DNA from: an uncultured Bacteroidales bacterium | GTDB taxonomy: Bacteria; Bacteroidota; Bacteroidia; Bacteroidales; P3 | Assembly (NCBI GenBank): GCA_937881815.1 | Contig: CALGEC010000047.1 | Span: forward strand, 103,040 to 167,039 | Reading direction: 5' to 3' | DNA: 64,000 nucleotides | Part shown: piece by piece, positions 44,802 to 54,972 of the stretch | Numbering within the stretch: the stretch's first letter is position 1 | How the letters are laid out: every line of letters begins with the position of its first letter | Translations under genes and position numbers: made by a program | The notes under the pieces: generated by a model | What the model saw: only the letters and a program-made list of their open reading frames with translations | Databases searched by the model: none | What the model was told of the DNA's origin: nothing

Positions 44802-46544
44802 TTATTTTTGAATATAATTTATATAATCCTCTAATTTAAATACCCAAGCTCCTTTTGTTGTGATGTTTGCAGGAGTTATTTCTCTTGTGTCTAATGTTAT
44901 ATTATTATTTTCGTAATCATATTGCCACGGAATTTCAATCGTTCTTTCGCCTAAAAGAAATATTTTCATTCCTACCTCAGGGGCTTTATCTAATTTAAAG
45001 GTTAAAGAATTACTTATTGGTTCTAAACTAATAGCATAAAGATTTCCTTTATTTTTTGTAAAGCAAACGTATGTATTTTCCCAAGATACTTCTCCTTCCC
45101 ATTGAGATTTTATTGGTTGTTTTTCAAATTGAGAGCTCTCCCAAGATAATTTCGCAACAGCCTCATGAGTTTTTTCTTGGTATAAAAGTTCAAATGTGTA
45201 ATTATGGTCTTTTTTTAGTTTAACTTTATGATTTACTTCTTCTTTTTGTGAAACTAAGCTCAATATTGTTTTACCTTTATCGTCTTTTATTTCCAATTCT
45301 GCTTCTTCATCTGCTTCTAAATAAATTGTATATGTGTCTGTTTGTTTTGGAACAATGTTTGATTTCCAAAGAATAGAGAAATTATCTTCTGAAACCCCTT
45401 TTGAAGGAGAGTTTCTTACCCAATTAAAGTTTATTTCTTCATCTATTCTATTTGTTATCATATTTTGATTTTGGTAAACGATTTCAAAAGGTCTGCTTCC
45501 ATAGATTGCCTCTTCATTTACCTTAATCCATTTTCCTAAATCTAATAATCGTTCTTGTTGCAACAAAGGAATTTTTCCGTCTGCACTTGGTCCTACATTT
45601 ATTGTCAAACCTCCGCCCGCTGCAACTAAGCGTGCGAAATGTTTTATTAGATCTTCACTTGTTAAATAGGTTTCTAAATCTGCGTTTCTATTCAAAGCGA
45701 AAGAGCGACTAAGACCTCTACACTCTGCCCAAGGGCGATTTTTATCCATAATACCAGAAGAGTATTCTGGTGTTGCGTATCCGTGATTGAATCCAATACC
45801 CCATCTATCATTTACAATACCTTCTTCACCTACTACGTCATAATAATATTGCACCATTTCGTTACTGCGGAATGAAGTGTGATTAAAATCCCAATCTCCA
45901 TCAGAAAAAATAACTGCAGGTTTAAATTTATCAACTAATTCCTTGAATTGAGGGATTAAATGCTTATCAACATAATTGTCAATGCTTATATTTGTATCCA
46001 CAGTCCAACGATACAAAGGATTTGTCCATTCTGTAAGTGAGTAATACAAACCAAATTTTACGCCACGCTTTCTAACCTCATCGGCAAGTTCAGCACAAAA
46101 ATCTCTATTTGGCGTTGTAGTTGCACTTGACCAACCTTTTGCATACTCACTGTCCCACATACAATAGCCATCGTGATGTTTAGAAGTGAAAAGTATGTAT
46201 TTTGCTCCCGATTTTGCAAAAAGGTCTGCCCATTCCGCTGCATCAAAAAGTTCTGCTTTAAATAAATCTTTATAATCTCTATATTCAAAATCTTCTCCGA
46301 ATACATCTTTTTGAAAATTGATTCTTAAACTATCTCCAGATATCAATCCCTTATAAAACCACTCAGCATATTGTTCTTTATCACTATAAGATGGAATACT
46401 ATATAGCCCATAATGAATAAAGATTCCTAACTTGGCATCACTAAACCATTGAGGGTATTCTCTGTTTTTAAATAATTCGTTTTCTTGTGCTTTGACAGAT
46501 AACGAACAAACTATCGCTAATAAAATCAATACAATTTTTTTCAT
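44802..46544 (-). CDS. alpha-L-fucosidase (GH29) with C-terminal PA14-like domain
   Basis: 580 aa. Signal peptide; GH29 N-terminal motifs (GIFIHYGLYSIP, AKYILFTSKHHDGYCMWDS, FSDGDW); a PA14-like segment (NFNWVRNSPSKGVSEDNFSILWKSNIVPKQTDTYTIYLEADEEAELEI). Confidence 0.85.
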   Translation of the reverse strand: MKKIVLILLAIVCSLSVKAQENELFKNREYPQWFSDAKLGIFIHYGLYSIPSYSDKEQYAEWFYKGLISGDSLRINFQKDVFGEDFEYRDYKDLFKAELFDAAEWADLFAKSGAKYILFTSKHHDGYCMWDSEYAKGWSSATTTPNRDFCAELADEVRKRGVKFGLYYSLTEWTNPLYRWTVDTNISIDNYVDKHLIPQFKELVDKFKPAVIFSDGDWDFNHTSFRSNEMVQYYYDVVGEEGIVNDRWGIGFNHGYATPEYSSGIMDKNRPWAECRGLSRSFALNRNADLETYLTSEDLIKHFARLVAAGGGLTINVGPSADGKIPLLQQERLLDLGKWIKVNEEAIYGSRPFEIVYQNQNMITNRIDEEINFNWVRNSPSKGVSEDNFSILWKSNIVPKQTDTYTIYLEADEEAELEIKDDKGKTILSLVSQKEEVNHKVKLKKDHNYTFELLYQEKTHEAVAKLSWESSQFEKQPIKSQWEGEVSWENTYVCFTKNKGNLYAISLEPISNSLTFKLDKAPEVGMKIFLLGERTIEIPWQYDYENNNITLDTREITPANITTKGAWVFKLEDYINYIQK

Positions 46545-46550
46545 ATTTTT

Positions 46551-48497
46551 TTACTCTATTATAATTTCAAAAATCTTGCCTTCCAAATCTTTTTTATTGA
46601 ATGGAATCAATCCTTGCTCAAAAACTTCAGGCAACCACCAATCTGAATAATGAAATTCTTGGGTAACTATTGCCAACATTTGATTATTTGGAATAGAAGT
46701 TACTTGCTCGTTCATATAACCTACTACTTGCATATTATCTTCATTAGCTCCAACCCTCCAAATAATTTCAGTTGGTTTCCATTCTATTTCAAAAAAATAA
46801 TAATCTTGATTAAATATATCATTATTTAATTCGATTCGTGATGTTAATGCTCGATAGGTTTCAAACCATCTATGCAATTTAAAAGTATTTCCTTTGTATT
46901 GTATTGTTTGAATACCCTCTTTATTAAATTTTTGTGGGCAAGCACATGCCATATCCCAATTTGTACAGGCTAATACGAAGTTTTTATTCCCTATTGGACT
47001 ATCTTTTTTTATATCTTCTTCGCTCCAATATTTTGAAGTCTTTATCATTTCAATGTCTATCTCAGAATAATGTGTTTTTGTTTCACGTTCTGATTCGTTA
47101 TCGTTTTTACTTTGTTTTACATATCCTTTGTTATTGCATTCTCTTCTTTGATTCCAATTGCTTTCGCTTTGATACGCTAGCCAAAATGCATTTGTCAATC
47201 CTATCCAAACCTCATCGGGATTAACCAATGGTGGGAATTTTATTTTCGCTCTATATTTTCCGTATGTAAATCCTACTCTTGAACGAATCCCTACATTTTC
47301 TTTTTTTGCAGTTTCAAGATTTGTATTTGCAGGATTTGATATTCTTATATAACTTCTATCGTTTGGAACATAGATTGTTGAACCTGGTTTTGTAGTTATT
47401 GAAGGGTGTATTTTTAATCTAAGTTCCTTGTCTGAGAAATTTTGTTTTGCAAGAGTGTAATCTTTTAATGTATATGCGTTTTTTGATAAAATATCTGCTA
47501 TAATAGGTATTTGCTCAATGGTTCTATTTTTGTTTATATCGTGATAATATTGTTCAAACATAGCTCTTTGATATAAATCAGCAGTGTTACCAACTAATGT
47601 AGTATCGTGTGAATATACTTTAAAATTACTTTTAGGGCATTTGTAAACGTCAACAAATACTCCTTGTTGTGCATTTAAAACAGCTCTGGTTTTTAAGACT
47701 TTTTTGCTTTTTAATACATAAACACCTCTTAAGTCATTGTTCGAAAAAAATGAAAAAGGGTTTTCAAAATCATTTGTCTTAGGATTTTGTTTTGAAATGT
47801 CTTTTATATGTTCTGGAATAGAGTTTAATCCTTCTTTATTAGCTACAACTAAAATAAATTCATAGACTCCTGTTCGTGGATTGCGTCTTTCTCTTCGATT
47901 TATATCACCTTGTTTGCTGTTTTCGTGGTTTATTATCCAAACAATGTCGGCAATCATTTGCTCTTCCAAAGGAACTTTATTTTCTTTTGCCTTTTGCTTA
48001 ATTGATTCATACCATTTTTTATTACCTTTGACGCTTTCAATTCCTTCTTCTATGTCTTTGGGGGTTAATTGTCGAGGAGTTTTTTTGCCATAGTATAGTT
48101 TTTCATCACGAGGATTGCCAACTATTTGAAAACTATCTATTATTTCTTCTCCATTGAAGGGTTTAAATGTTGTTTGCACACTTTTCCAAGAACCATAAAA
48201 ATTTTCACTTGATTCTTTACGGTCTTCGGAAAATTTATAACTTGAATTTTGATAATAAATCTTATAATACAATTCTTCGTTTTTTGGATTAGAGATTTTT
48301 GCATTAAAAACAAAGTAAGATTCTTTTGATGGCAAAACAATCCCTTCAAAAACAGAATTGTCAAACGACATATCTACTTTTACTGTATCAGATTGAGGGA
48401 AATTACTCAACGCATTAAAACTCTCTATTATATTGTTCTCTTGTTTACACGAAGAGAACAATACAAAAAGGACTATGAATGTTGATAAAATTCTCAT
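46551..48497 (-). CDS. secreted protein with C-terminal GH16-like (concanavalin-fold) domain; N-terminal ~400 aa unknown
   Basis: 648 aa. Lipoprotein-like signal (LFSSCK). YSEIDIEM fits the GH16 ExDxE catalytic motif. No match recognised for the N-terminal region. Confidence 0.5.
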   Translation of the reverse strand: MRILSTFIVLFVLFSSCKQENNIIESFNALSNFPQSDTVKVDMSFDNSVFEGIVLPSKESYFVFNAKISNPKNEELYYKIYYQNSSYKFSEDRKESSENFYGSWKSVQTTFKPFNGEEIIDSFQIVGNPRDEKLYYGKKTPRQLTPKDIEEGIESVKGNKKWYESIKQKAKENKVPLEEQMIADIVWIINHENSKQGDINRRERRNPRTGVYEFILVVANKEGLNSIPEHIKDISKQNPKTNDFENPFSFFSNNDLRGVYVLKSKKVLKTRAVLNAQQGVFVDVYKCPKSNFKVYSHDTTLVGNTADLYQRAMFEQYYHDINKNRTIEQIPIIADILSKNAYTLKDYTLAKQNFSDKELRLKIHPSITTKPGSTIYVPNDRSYIRISNPANTNLETAKKENVGIRSRVGFTYGKYRAKIKFPPLVNPDEVWIGLTNAFWLAYQSESNWNQRRECNNKGYVKQSKNDNESERETKTHYSEIDIEMIKTSKYWSEEDIKKDSPIGNKNFVLACTNWDMACACPQKFNKEGIQTIQYKGNTFKLHRWFETYRALTSRIELNNDIFNQDYYFFEIEWKPTEIIWRVGANEDNMQVVGYMNEQVTSIPNNQMLAIVTQEFHYSDWWLPEVFEQGLIPFNKKDLEGKIFEIIIE

Positions 48498-48527
48498 CTG
48501 ATTTAATTATTTATTTGTTTTAATGGG

Positions 48528-48535
48528 CAAATGTA
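48528..48535 (-). promoter_or_regulatory. -7 box TACATTTG upstream of the GH16-like / GH29 genes
   Basis: Plus strand caaatgta, 30 nt from ATG 48497. Confidence 0.5.
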
Positions 48536-48621
48536 TAAATTTTTTTTGATTTTTTGGCTAATTTGTACAACATTACGCCATTTTCTTTGTTTTAATTATA
48601 GAACTAAATACTTTTTATATT

Positions 48622-49485
48622 ATGAAATTATACGATAATGTTTTAATAGTAACTGATTTTAATGAAATATCTTTGAATTTGTGCTTAAAATGCTACAAAC
48701 ATCTGTTTTCAAAAAATTCTTCGCTACATTTACTAAATGTCGTTGAGGAAAATGGTTTTTTTAGTCGTCTGTTCGACTCCTATAATAATAGTCTTGAAAA
48801 TTGTGTAGAATCAAAATTTCCTTTAATCAAAGAAAAAATTAAAAATTCTTTTGATTTAGAAATTATTCCTCATGTAAGAAAAGGGAATATCTCCAAAGAA
48901 ATAGTGAATTTCTGTAAAGAAGAAAACATAGATTTGATAATACTTTTAGTTTCTAATGAAGAAACAACAGAGGTCATAGGAGCAAATACGCATAAATTAC
49001 TAAGATTGACAAATGTTCCTATTTTAGCTTTAAAACAAGGTTATCAAGAAAAAGAAATTAAAAATATCTTAATCCCATTAGAACTTTATTTAAGCAGTCG
49101 TCAAAAAGTAGCCGACGCAGTTGCATGGGCAAAACACTATAATGCAAGAATAACATTATATTCTGGAATTTGGGATAAAGAAAAAGAAATTTCATTTAAA
49201 GTAAAAAAAATAGGAGAAACAACAAAAGAGTTTATAGAGTCAAAAGGCATCGAATGCGATTGGCTTATTTTTGAAAGCTTAAAGAGCAGTAAAGAATTTA
49301 CAGAACAAATCATAAGCTACACAAATTCATCTGAATCAAACATAGATATAGTTATGGTAATGAATAAAGATGAAAGCGAAGAATTTAGAATAGATGACAG
49401 AGGTAGAGAAATAATTCGTCTATCTAAAACACCTGTTCTTTGTATTCCTTTAAGAAAAACCGGAATGTCTGCTAATTTCTTATAA
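48622..49485 (+). CDS. tandem universal stress protein (UspA family)
   Basis: 287 aa made of two ~140 aa Usp-like halves, each ending in a conserved strand (VPILALK; TPVLCIP). Confidence 0.65.
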   Translation: MKLYDNVLIVTDFNEISLNLCLKCYKHLFSKNSSLHLLNVVEENGFFSRLFDSYNNSLENCVESKFPLIKEKIKNSFDLEIIPHVRKGNISKEIVNFCKEENIDLIILLVSNEETTEVIGANTHKLLRLTNVPILALKQGYQEKEIKNILIPLELYLSSRQKVADAVAWAKHYNARITLYSGIWDKEKEISFKVKKIGETTKEFIESKGIECDWLIFESLKSSKEFTEQIISYTNSSESNIDIVMVMNKDESEEFRIDDRGREIIRLSKTPVLCIPLRKTGMSANFL

Positions 49486-49488
49486 AAA

Positions 49489-50742
49489 TCAAAAAGGATT
49501 CTCTTCGTTAATCAATTTAATTAGCATAAGCAAGGCTTGATTGCTAACTCTTTCAATAAAATTATCACGAGTAGTCGGAAAGAAATGTTTTTCGACTACT
49601 TTGTTTTTATTAGATGCAACACTTATCCAAACTGTTCCAACAGGCTTTTCTTCACTTCCTCCTTCCGGACCTGCAATTCCTGTGGTTGCAATAGAGTAAT
49701 CTGTGTTTAATACTTTCTTTATTCCCTCTGACATTTGCTCAGCAACTTCCCTACTAACAGCTCCAAATTTTAATAGAGTATCTTTCTTTACTCCTAATAC
49801 ATTTTCTTTTGTTTTATTAGCATATGCAGTCACTCCTCCTTTATAATATTGCGATGCTCCTGCATTTGCCGTTATCAAATGAGAGATATAGCCCCCCGAG
49901 CAACTCTCTGCAACAGATAAAGTCTTGTTTAGTGATTTTAATCTCTCTCCTAAAATCGTTGCAACATTATCTATTTCAAATCCCATAAAGTAATCCTTAG
50001 TCAATACAATAAGTTGCTTTACTTTTTCATCAAGTATTTTCTCCAAGTCTATATCTTCATCAGTTCTTGCAGTAAGTCTTAGACGTATAGTATTGCTTTT
50101 GGGCAAATATGCTAAGGAAATATAATCAGGAAGATTGTCTTCAAAATCACAAATCATATCTGAAAGAAAACTTTCGCCAATATTTGCATACAAAAGCGTT
50201 TTATGAAGGATTTTTGTGCGTTGATTGAAAAAAGTTTGCATAATTTCAATCACTCTATCCATCATTAAACGCATCTCAAAAGGCACTCCCGGCATTGAAA
50301 CAATCAATTTCTCGTTTTTTTCAAAATACATACCCGGAGCAGTCCCAACTGGATTAAATACTACCTTACATTTTTCAGGCACTAAGGCTTGTGCACGATT
50401 GGTTTCTGTGAAAGGGAGTTGTTTTCTTGTGAAATACGATTTTACATGTTCTTCTACTTCTTTGTTTATTATCAAATCGCTATTGAAATATTCAGCTAAT
50501 GTTTTTTTTGTAATATCATCTTTTGTTGGTCCAAGTCCTCCTGTTATCAATACACAGTCTGCTCTTTCCAAAGCAATATCTATGCTCTCTCTTATTTGAT
50601 TTTGATTATCTCCTATAACGCTTGTCGCAACTACATTAAAGCCATATGAATTTAATTTTTGAGCCATTTGACTCGCATTTGTGTTTACGACTTGTCCTAT
50701 TAAGAGTTCGTCTCCTATATTGATAATTTCAACTTGTACCAT
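49489..50742 (-). CDS. cinA: competence/damage-inducible protein CinA (MoCF-binding domain plus PncC-type NMN amidohydrolase domain)
   Basis: 417 aa. IINIGDELLIGQVVNTNA, TGGLGPTKDDITK and the C-terminal VAESCSGG...ATTGIAGP motifs. Confidence 0.9.
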   Translation of the reverse strand: MVQVEIINIGDELLIGQVVNTNASQMAQKLNSYGFNVVATSVIGDNQNQIRESIDIALERADCVLITGGLGPTKDDITKKTLAEYFNSDLIINKEVEEHVKSYFTRKQLPFTETNRAQALVPEKCKVVFNPVGTAPGMYFEKNEKLIVSMPGVPFEMRLMMDRVIEIMQTFFNQRTKILHKTLLYANIGESFLSDMICDFEDNLPDYISLAYLPKSNTIRLRLTARTDEDIDLEKILDEKVKQLIVLTKDYFMGFEIDNVATILGERLKSLNKTLSVAESCSGGYISHLITANAGASQYYKGGVTAYANKTKENVLGVKKDTLLKFGAVSREVAEQMSEGIKKVLNTDYSIATTGIAGPEGGSEEKPVGTVWISVASNKNKVVEKHFFPTTRDNFIERVSNQALLMLIKLINEENPF

Positions 50743-50748
50743 ACCGAT

Positions 50749-51090
50749 TTATCCTCTTTGTTTCACTTTATAGTCCTTTTGAATTAAGTAATCCATTACT
50801 TTTTGACGAAAATCTCCCTGCAAAAGAATTTCTCCATTCTTCACACTGCCTCCAACGCCACACTTATTTTTTAATTCCTTGCCCAATTTTTCTAAATCCT
50901 CACTCGTCCCCACAAATCCAGTAATTAAAGTTACTTGTTTACCTGCTCTTTGCTTTTTATCCAATTGCACATAGAGTTTTTGTTGATTGTTAGGCAAAGT
51001 TTCTTCTTCCAACTCTTCTATTTCCTCATATTCAAAATCAGGATTAGTTGAATAAACAACACCTATTCTATTACTATTCTTTTTACCCAT
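50749..51090 (-). CDS. translation initiation factor SUI1/YciH family
   Basis: 113 aa. RAGKQVTLITGF...CGVGGSVKNGEILLQGD pattern. Confidence 0.85.
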   Translation of the reverse strand: MGKKNSNRIGVVYSTNPDFEYEEIEELEEETLPNNQQKLYVQLDKKQRAGKQVTLITGFVGTSEDLEKLGKELKNKCGVGGSVKNGEILLQGDFRQKVMDYLIQKDYKVKQRG

Positions 51091-51095
51091 ATTTT

Positions 51096-51983
51096 TTATT
51101 TAATAATTACTTTTAATGATGATGGTATTACTTCAAACTCTAAGTCTTCCTGAACTTCCATATACTCACCATCTATATTTATTCCTAATATTTCTGAATT
51201 AAAAACCTTAACTTTTCTCGCTTTATAAGTATTTACATAAATCGACATATCAAAATTTTTAAAAAATAATAATTGTGCTGTCCACGGAAGCAAAGGTAAG
51301 GGAGGTTTTTTAACAACTACTATATCCAATAAGCCGTCATTCAATTCTGCATGAGGAGCTACTTCTGTATTAAAGCCAAATTGAGTTGAGTTTGCAAAGC
51401 TTATAAAAAGGGCTTGTGTCTCTACAATCCTTCCATCTATCTCTAATTTGTAGTTTTTAGGGTTATAATTTGGGTAGTGTTGCAAAACCAACTTTAAGTA
51501 AGGTTGAAATCCTCGCGAATGAACTTTTGAAAATTCTTTTGCAATGAGTGCGTCAAATCCTATGCCAGCTATCGAAGCGTAAACAGTGTTATTAAGAGTT
51601 ATAGTGTCTATATCTAAGATTTTTTTATTGTTTATAGCAAAAATTGCATCTTTTATAGACAACGGAATATTCAAACAACGAGCTAATCCATTGCCACTGC
51701 CTGTCGGAATAATGCCTAAGGTCGCTTCTGTGCAGAATAACCCCTTTACACAATCGTTTATAGAGCCGTCTCCACCGACTGCGACAACTATGTCATAGTC
51801 TTTTATTACCGAAGCTATGGCTATGGCTGTTGCATGATGAGGATAGGAAGTGTAAGCTATTTTATAGTCAAATTTCTCTTTGTCAAGATATTTTTCAACT
51901 GCATATTCTATCTTTCTTTGTTTGCCTACTCCAGATATTGGATTGACAATAAATAATATTTTGTCTTTTCCCAAAGAAGACAT
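51096..51983 (-). CDS. diacylglycerol/lipid kinase family protein (YegS-like)
   Basis: 295 aa. FIVNPISG, VAVGGDGSINDCV and IPTGSGNGLAR motifs. Confidence 0.85.
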   Translation of the reverse strand: MSSLGKDKILFIVNPISGVGKQRKIEYAVEKYLDKEKFDYKIAYTSYPHHATAIAIASVIKDYDIVVAVGGDGSINDCVKGLFCTEATLGIIPTGSGNGLARCLNIPLSIKDAIFAINNKKILDIDTITLNNTVYASIAGIGFDALIAKEFSKVHSRGFQPYLKLVLQHYPNYNPKNYKLEIDGRIVETQALFISFANSTQFGFNTEVAPHAELNDGLLDIVVVKKPPLPLLPWTAQLLFFKNFDMSIYVNTYKARKVKVFNSEILGINIDGEYMEVQEDLEFEVIPSSLKVIIK

Positions 51984-51991
51984 ACCTATTC

Positions 51992-53929
51992 TTATTTTGA
52001 AATCGTTGTTTTATTCTCTATAATCGTGTTATTGTATTGTTGAATAAACGCTTTCGTAAATTCAATATGCTTTTTAGTGATTTCTTTATATTGATTCGCT
52101 ATATTATTTTTTAATCCCTGATCTTCTGATACATTAAAAAGTTCAATCGTTCCGTCTTGTTTATATTTGCTTAAATAGTTTCCTCTCATCAATAGATACT
52201 CTCCGTTAGAGTAATAGATGTAATATTTTTCCTTTTCAGAGAATGGACTTCTGCCAAAAGTAAATATCTTTTCGTTTTCTATATTTAACATATCTATCAC
52301 CATTGGATAAACATCTATTTGTTGAACATATTGTTTGCTAATAATATTTGATTTCATTTTTGGATGATAAATAATCATTGGAACTTTAAATAGCCCTAAT
52401 TGTGTTTTAAAATCTTCACTTTCTGTTAAACCACTGTGGTCAGAGGTAATGACAAATAATGTATTTTCAAACCAATCGCATTTTGAAGCTTCGTTAAAAA
52501 ATCTCTTTAATGCATAATCCGTATAAGAAACTGTTTCATGAACTATTAAACTGCCTTTTGAAAATTTGTTTTTGTGCTCTTCAGGCATTGTGTAAGGGTG
52601 ATGTGATGACAAAGTAAAAAATGCAGCATGGAATGGTTTGGTTAATGTGTCTATTTGTTTAACACAGTATTGCAAGAAAGGTTCATCGAAAATTCCCCAA
52701 TTACCATCGTAGTCTTTATCATTGTTATACTCATCTTTTCCATAGTAATATTGATATCCTACTTTGCGTGTGTAATTGTCAAAGCCCATTGTGCCATTGT
52801 ATCCTCCGTGAAAAAATGCTGTTGTATAGTTTTGCTTTTTTAAAGTAGAGGCTATTGAGCCTAATTTATTGTTTCCATACACACTTGTAAGATAACTCTC
52901 TTCCATCATAATAGGAAGCGAAGATATTACAGCAGGAATGCCATCTATTGATTTCTTTCCGTTGGATATTCCTTGAAAAACAAGTGAGTGTTGTGCCAAT
53001 GAATCTAAAAATGGTGCGTAAGTCGTATTTGTACCATTATATATTTTCAAATATTCGGCAGAAAAACTTTCTAATATGATAACACATACATTTGTTTTGC
53101 CTATTTCAAGCGGCGAAATAAAGAGTGTGTCTGCCCAATTCGTAGTTTCAAAACTTGTTATTGGAGAATAGATTTTGTTTAATTGGTTTTCAGTATAAAA
53201 TTCTTTTTTTTCAAGACTTGGTTTACCAAATGTACGATAAAGAGTGAAAGGAGTATTTAGAACTAATGCTGTATTTTGGGTTGTAGTGTATTGACTTGCG
53301 TGCATAAGGCCAAGCGGACGTGTTTGCAATCCTCCTCTTTGAAAAAGAATTAACAAAGATGCTGCAACAATAAGAATAAAGCTTCTTTTGAGAACTAAGG
53401 ATTTAGAAAACTTTTCTTTGGGTTGTTTTAATTTTCTATTGAGAAGAGAATTCACAACAAATAAAGCAATCAGTAAACAAACAAAAACAGTTGCTATATG
53501 CCAATAATCTCTTAGGAATTGAGGGATTAACTCATTGAAATCTCCTCCTACACCTAAATATCTTGTTATATCGGCTGTCAATCTCTTGAATGAAAAACGA
53601 TAATAGCCTGCATCAATAAGATTTACTGCCATCATAAACACATTTGCCAATAAATAAAGTGTATTAGATGTTATTTTGAACCATTTTTTGTGCCATTGAT
53701 TAACAAGTGGTAAAAGATTCAAAAATAAATATGGCAATAAAAATATACTAATTGAAGATAGAGCATAACGGGTGCAACCAATAAAGATATTAAAACCTTC
53801 TTTTATGCCCTCTATTTGAAACAAAGTGCTATTGAATATATAAAAAAACAATTGTGTAATATAGATACAAACTAAGGAAATTAGATATTTGTAAATTACT
53901 TGTTTGTAGTGAGTTGATTTCTTTGTCAT
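51992..53929 (-). CDS. LTA-synthase-family sulfatase-fold membrane protein (phosphoglycerol/phosphoethanolamine transferase-like)
   Basis: 645 aa. Five N-terminal TM helices, then a sulfatase domain (VIILESFSAEY, FFHGGYNGTMGFDN, SSHHPY, ITSDHSG). Confidence 0.8.
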   Translation of the reverse strand: MTKKSTHYKQVIYKYLISLVCIYITQLFFYIFNSTLFQIEGIKEGFNIFIGCTRYALSSISIFLLPYLFLNLLPLVNQWHKKWFKITSNTLYLLANVFMMAVNLIDAGYYRFSFKRLTADITRYLGVGGDFNELIPQFLRDYWHIATVFVCLLIALFVVNSLLNRKLKQPKEKFSKSLVLKRSFILIVAASLLILFQRGGLQTRPLGLMHASQYTTTQNTALVLNTPFTLYRTFGKPSLEKKEFYTENQLNKIYSPITSFETTNWADTLFISPLEIGKTNVCVIILESFSAEYLKIYNGTNTTYAPFLDSLAQHSLVFQGISNGKKSIDGIPAVISSLPIMMEESYLTSVYGNNKLGSIASTLKKQNYTTAFFHGGYNGTMGFDNYTRKVGYQYYYGKDEYNNDKDYDGNWGIFDEPFLQYCVKQIDTLTKPFHAAFFTLSSHHPYTMPEEHKNKFSKGSLIVHETVSYTDYALKRFFNEASKCDWFENTLFVITSDHSGLTESEDFKTQLGLFKVPMIIYHPKMKSNIISKQYVQQIDVYPMVIDMLNIENEKIFTFGRSPFSEKEKYYIYYSNGEYLLMRGNYLSKYKQDGTIELFNVSEDQGLKNNIANQYKEITKKHIEFTKAFIQQYNNTIIENKTTISK

Positions 53930-53937
53930 TTGTTTTA

Positions 53938-54969
53938 CTATTTTTTAGGTTTATATTTTGATTGTTGTAAAATAAGTTGTGAATCGAGCGTATTAAACAA
54001 ACTATCTATTGTAATTGAATTTTCTTTCATATAGGATTGAACAATTTTATAGCCTATGTAATTTCCTATTCTTGCAGGAGAATTTGCTATGTTTTTAGTT
54101 GAAGGACCTGGGGCTATAAGATGGAAATATTTTGTGCGATCTTTGTTGTATAGAAGTTGGTTTTCTATCATATATGCCCAGATATTTGCTTCGTTTTGTT
54201 CAACCCATTGCAATTGTTCTTTGGTATAGTCTAATATATAATGGAATGGTTTTTCTGAAAGTATGGATTGGGTTGCGTATATATACTTTCCTTCTTCTAT
54301 TATGCAATCTAAAAGTGTTGCCTCAGGATTTAAACTTTGCAAAGGTATGTTTCTAAAAGTTATTTCTTTCAAATAGGTGTTTACATAGTGTGGTGCAATA
54401 TTTTCTTTGCCTAATGAGGTGTGAAGATATTGTGGAACAGTTTTGTAATATGGGTGATTAGAAAGTTTTTCTATTGAATAAAGGTCAAGGCTTATTGCAC
54501 TAAAATCGGGATAGATTAAAATCCTATTTTGAAACGCTTGTGAATATTCCGAAGGCCCTACAATCAAAGTGTATATCTTAGAATTGATTGTGTCTTGCTT
54601 GATTTGCTTGATTTCATATAGTGCAAGAGATAATTCTTTTTCCAAGTCATTTAAATCGGGATATTGCATTTTTACAATATTATATACATTATTCATCTCC
54701 TTGTCTTTAAGAAACTCCTTGACAACATTGAGATATTCTGTATTTTTAAGACTTGTAGCAAACATGGGTTCATATTGCTTTTCTATACTCAAAAGATATT
54801 TGTCTATATCTTCACTTTGATTGGCTGAAAATAAGGCTTGTTCAAAGCGATGTATGTGAACTTTTTCTATTTCTTTGTTTTCTTTACACGAAACAAAGAA
54901 AAAAATTATTAAAACAAAGAAAAAAATTTTTTTTTCAAAGAAATATTTTAATGACTCTTTGTATTGCAT
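53938..54969 (-). CDS. GldB-like lipoprotein (gliding-motility lipoprotein family / DUF2268-like)
   Basis: 343 aa. Lipobox FFVSCK. The C-terminal SPARIGNYIGYKIVQSYMKEN...SKYKPKK resembles my recollection of GldB-family proteins. Recalled, not verified. Confidence 0.5.
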   Translation of the reverse strand: MQYKESLKYFFEKKIFFFVLIIFFFVSCKENKEIEKVHIHRFEQALFSANQSEDIDKYLLSIEKQYEPMFATSLKNTEYLNVVKEFLKDKEMNNVYNIVKMQYPDLNDLEKELSLALYEIKQIKQDTINSKIYTLIVGPSEYSQAFQNRILIYPDFSAISLDLYSIEKLSNHPYYKTVPQYLHTSLGKENIAPHYVNTYLKEITFRNIPLQSLNPEATLLDCIIEEGKYIYATQSILSEKPFHYILDYTKEQLQWVEQNEANIWAYMIENQLLYNKDRTKYFHLIAPGPSTKNIANSPARIGNYIGYKIVQSYMKENSITIDSLFNTLDSQLILQQSKYKPKK

Positions 54970-54972
54970 AAC

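Noticed and set aside
46058-46306. 82-aa minus-strand ORF nested out of frame in the GH29 fucosidase gene.
   Set aside because: It shares the strand but is in a different frame inside a well-supported enzyme gene, and it has no independent signals.
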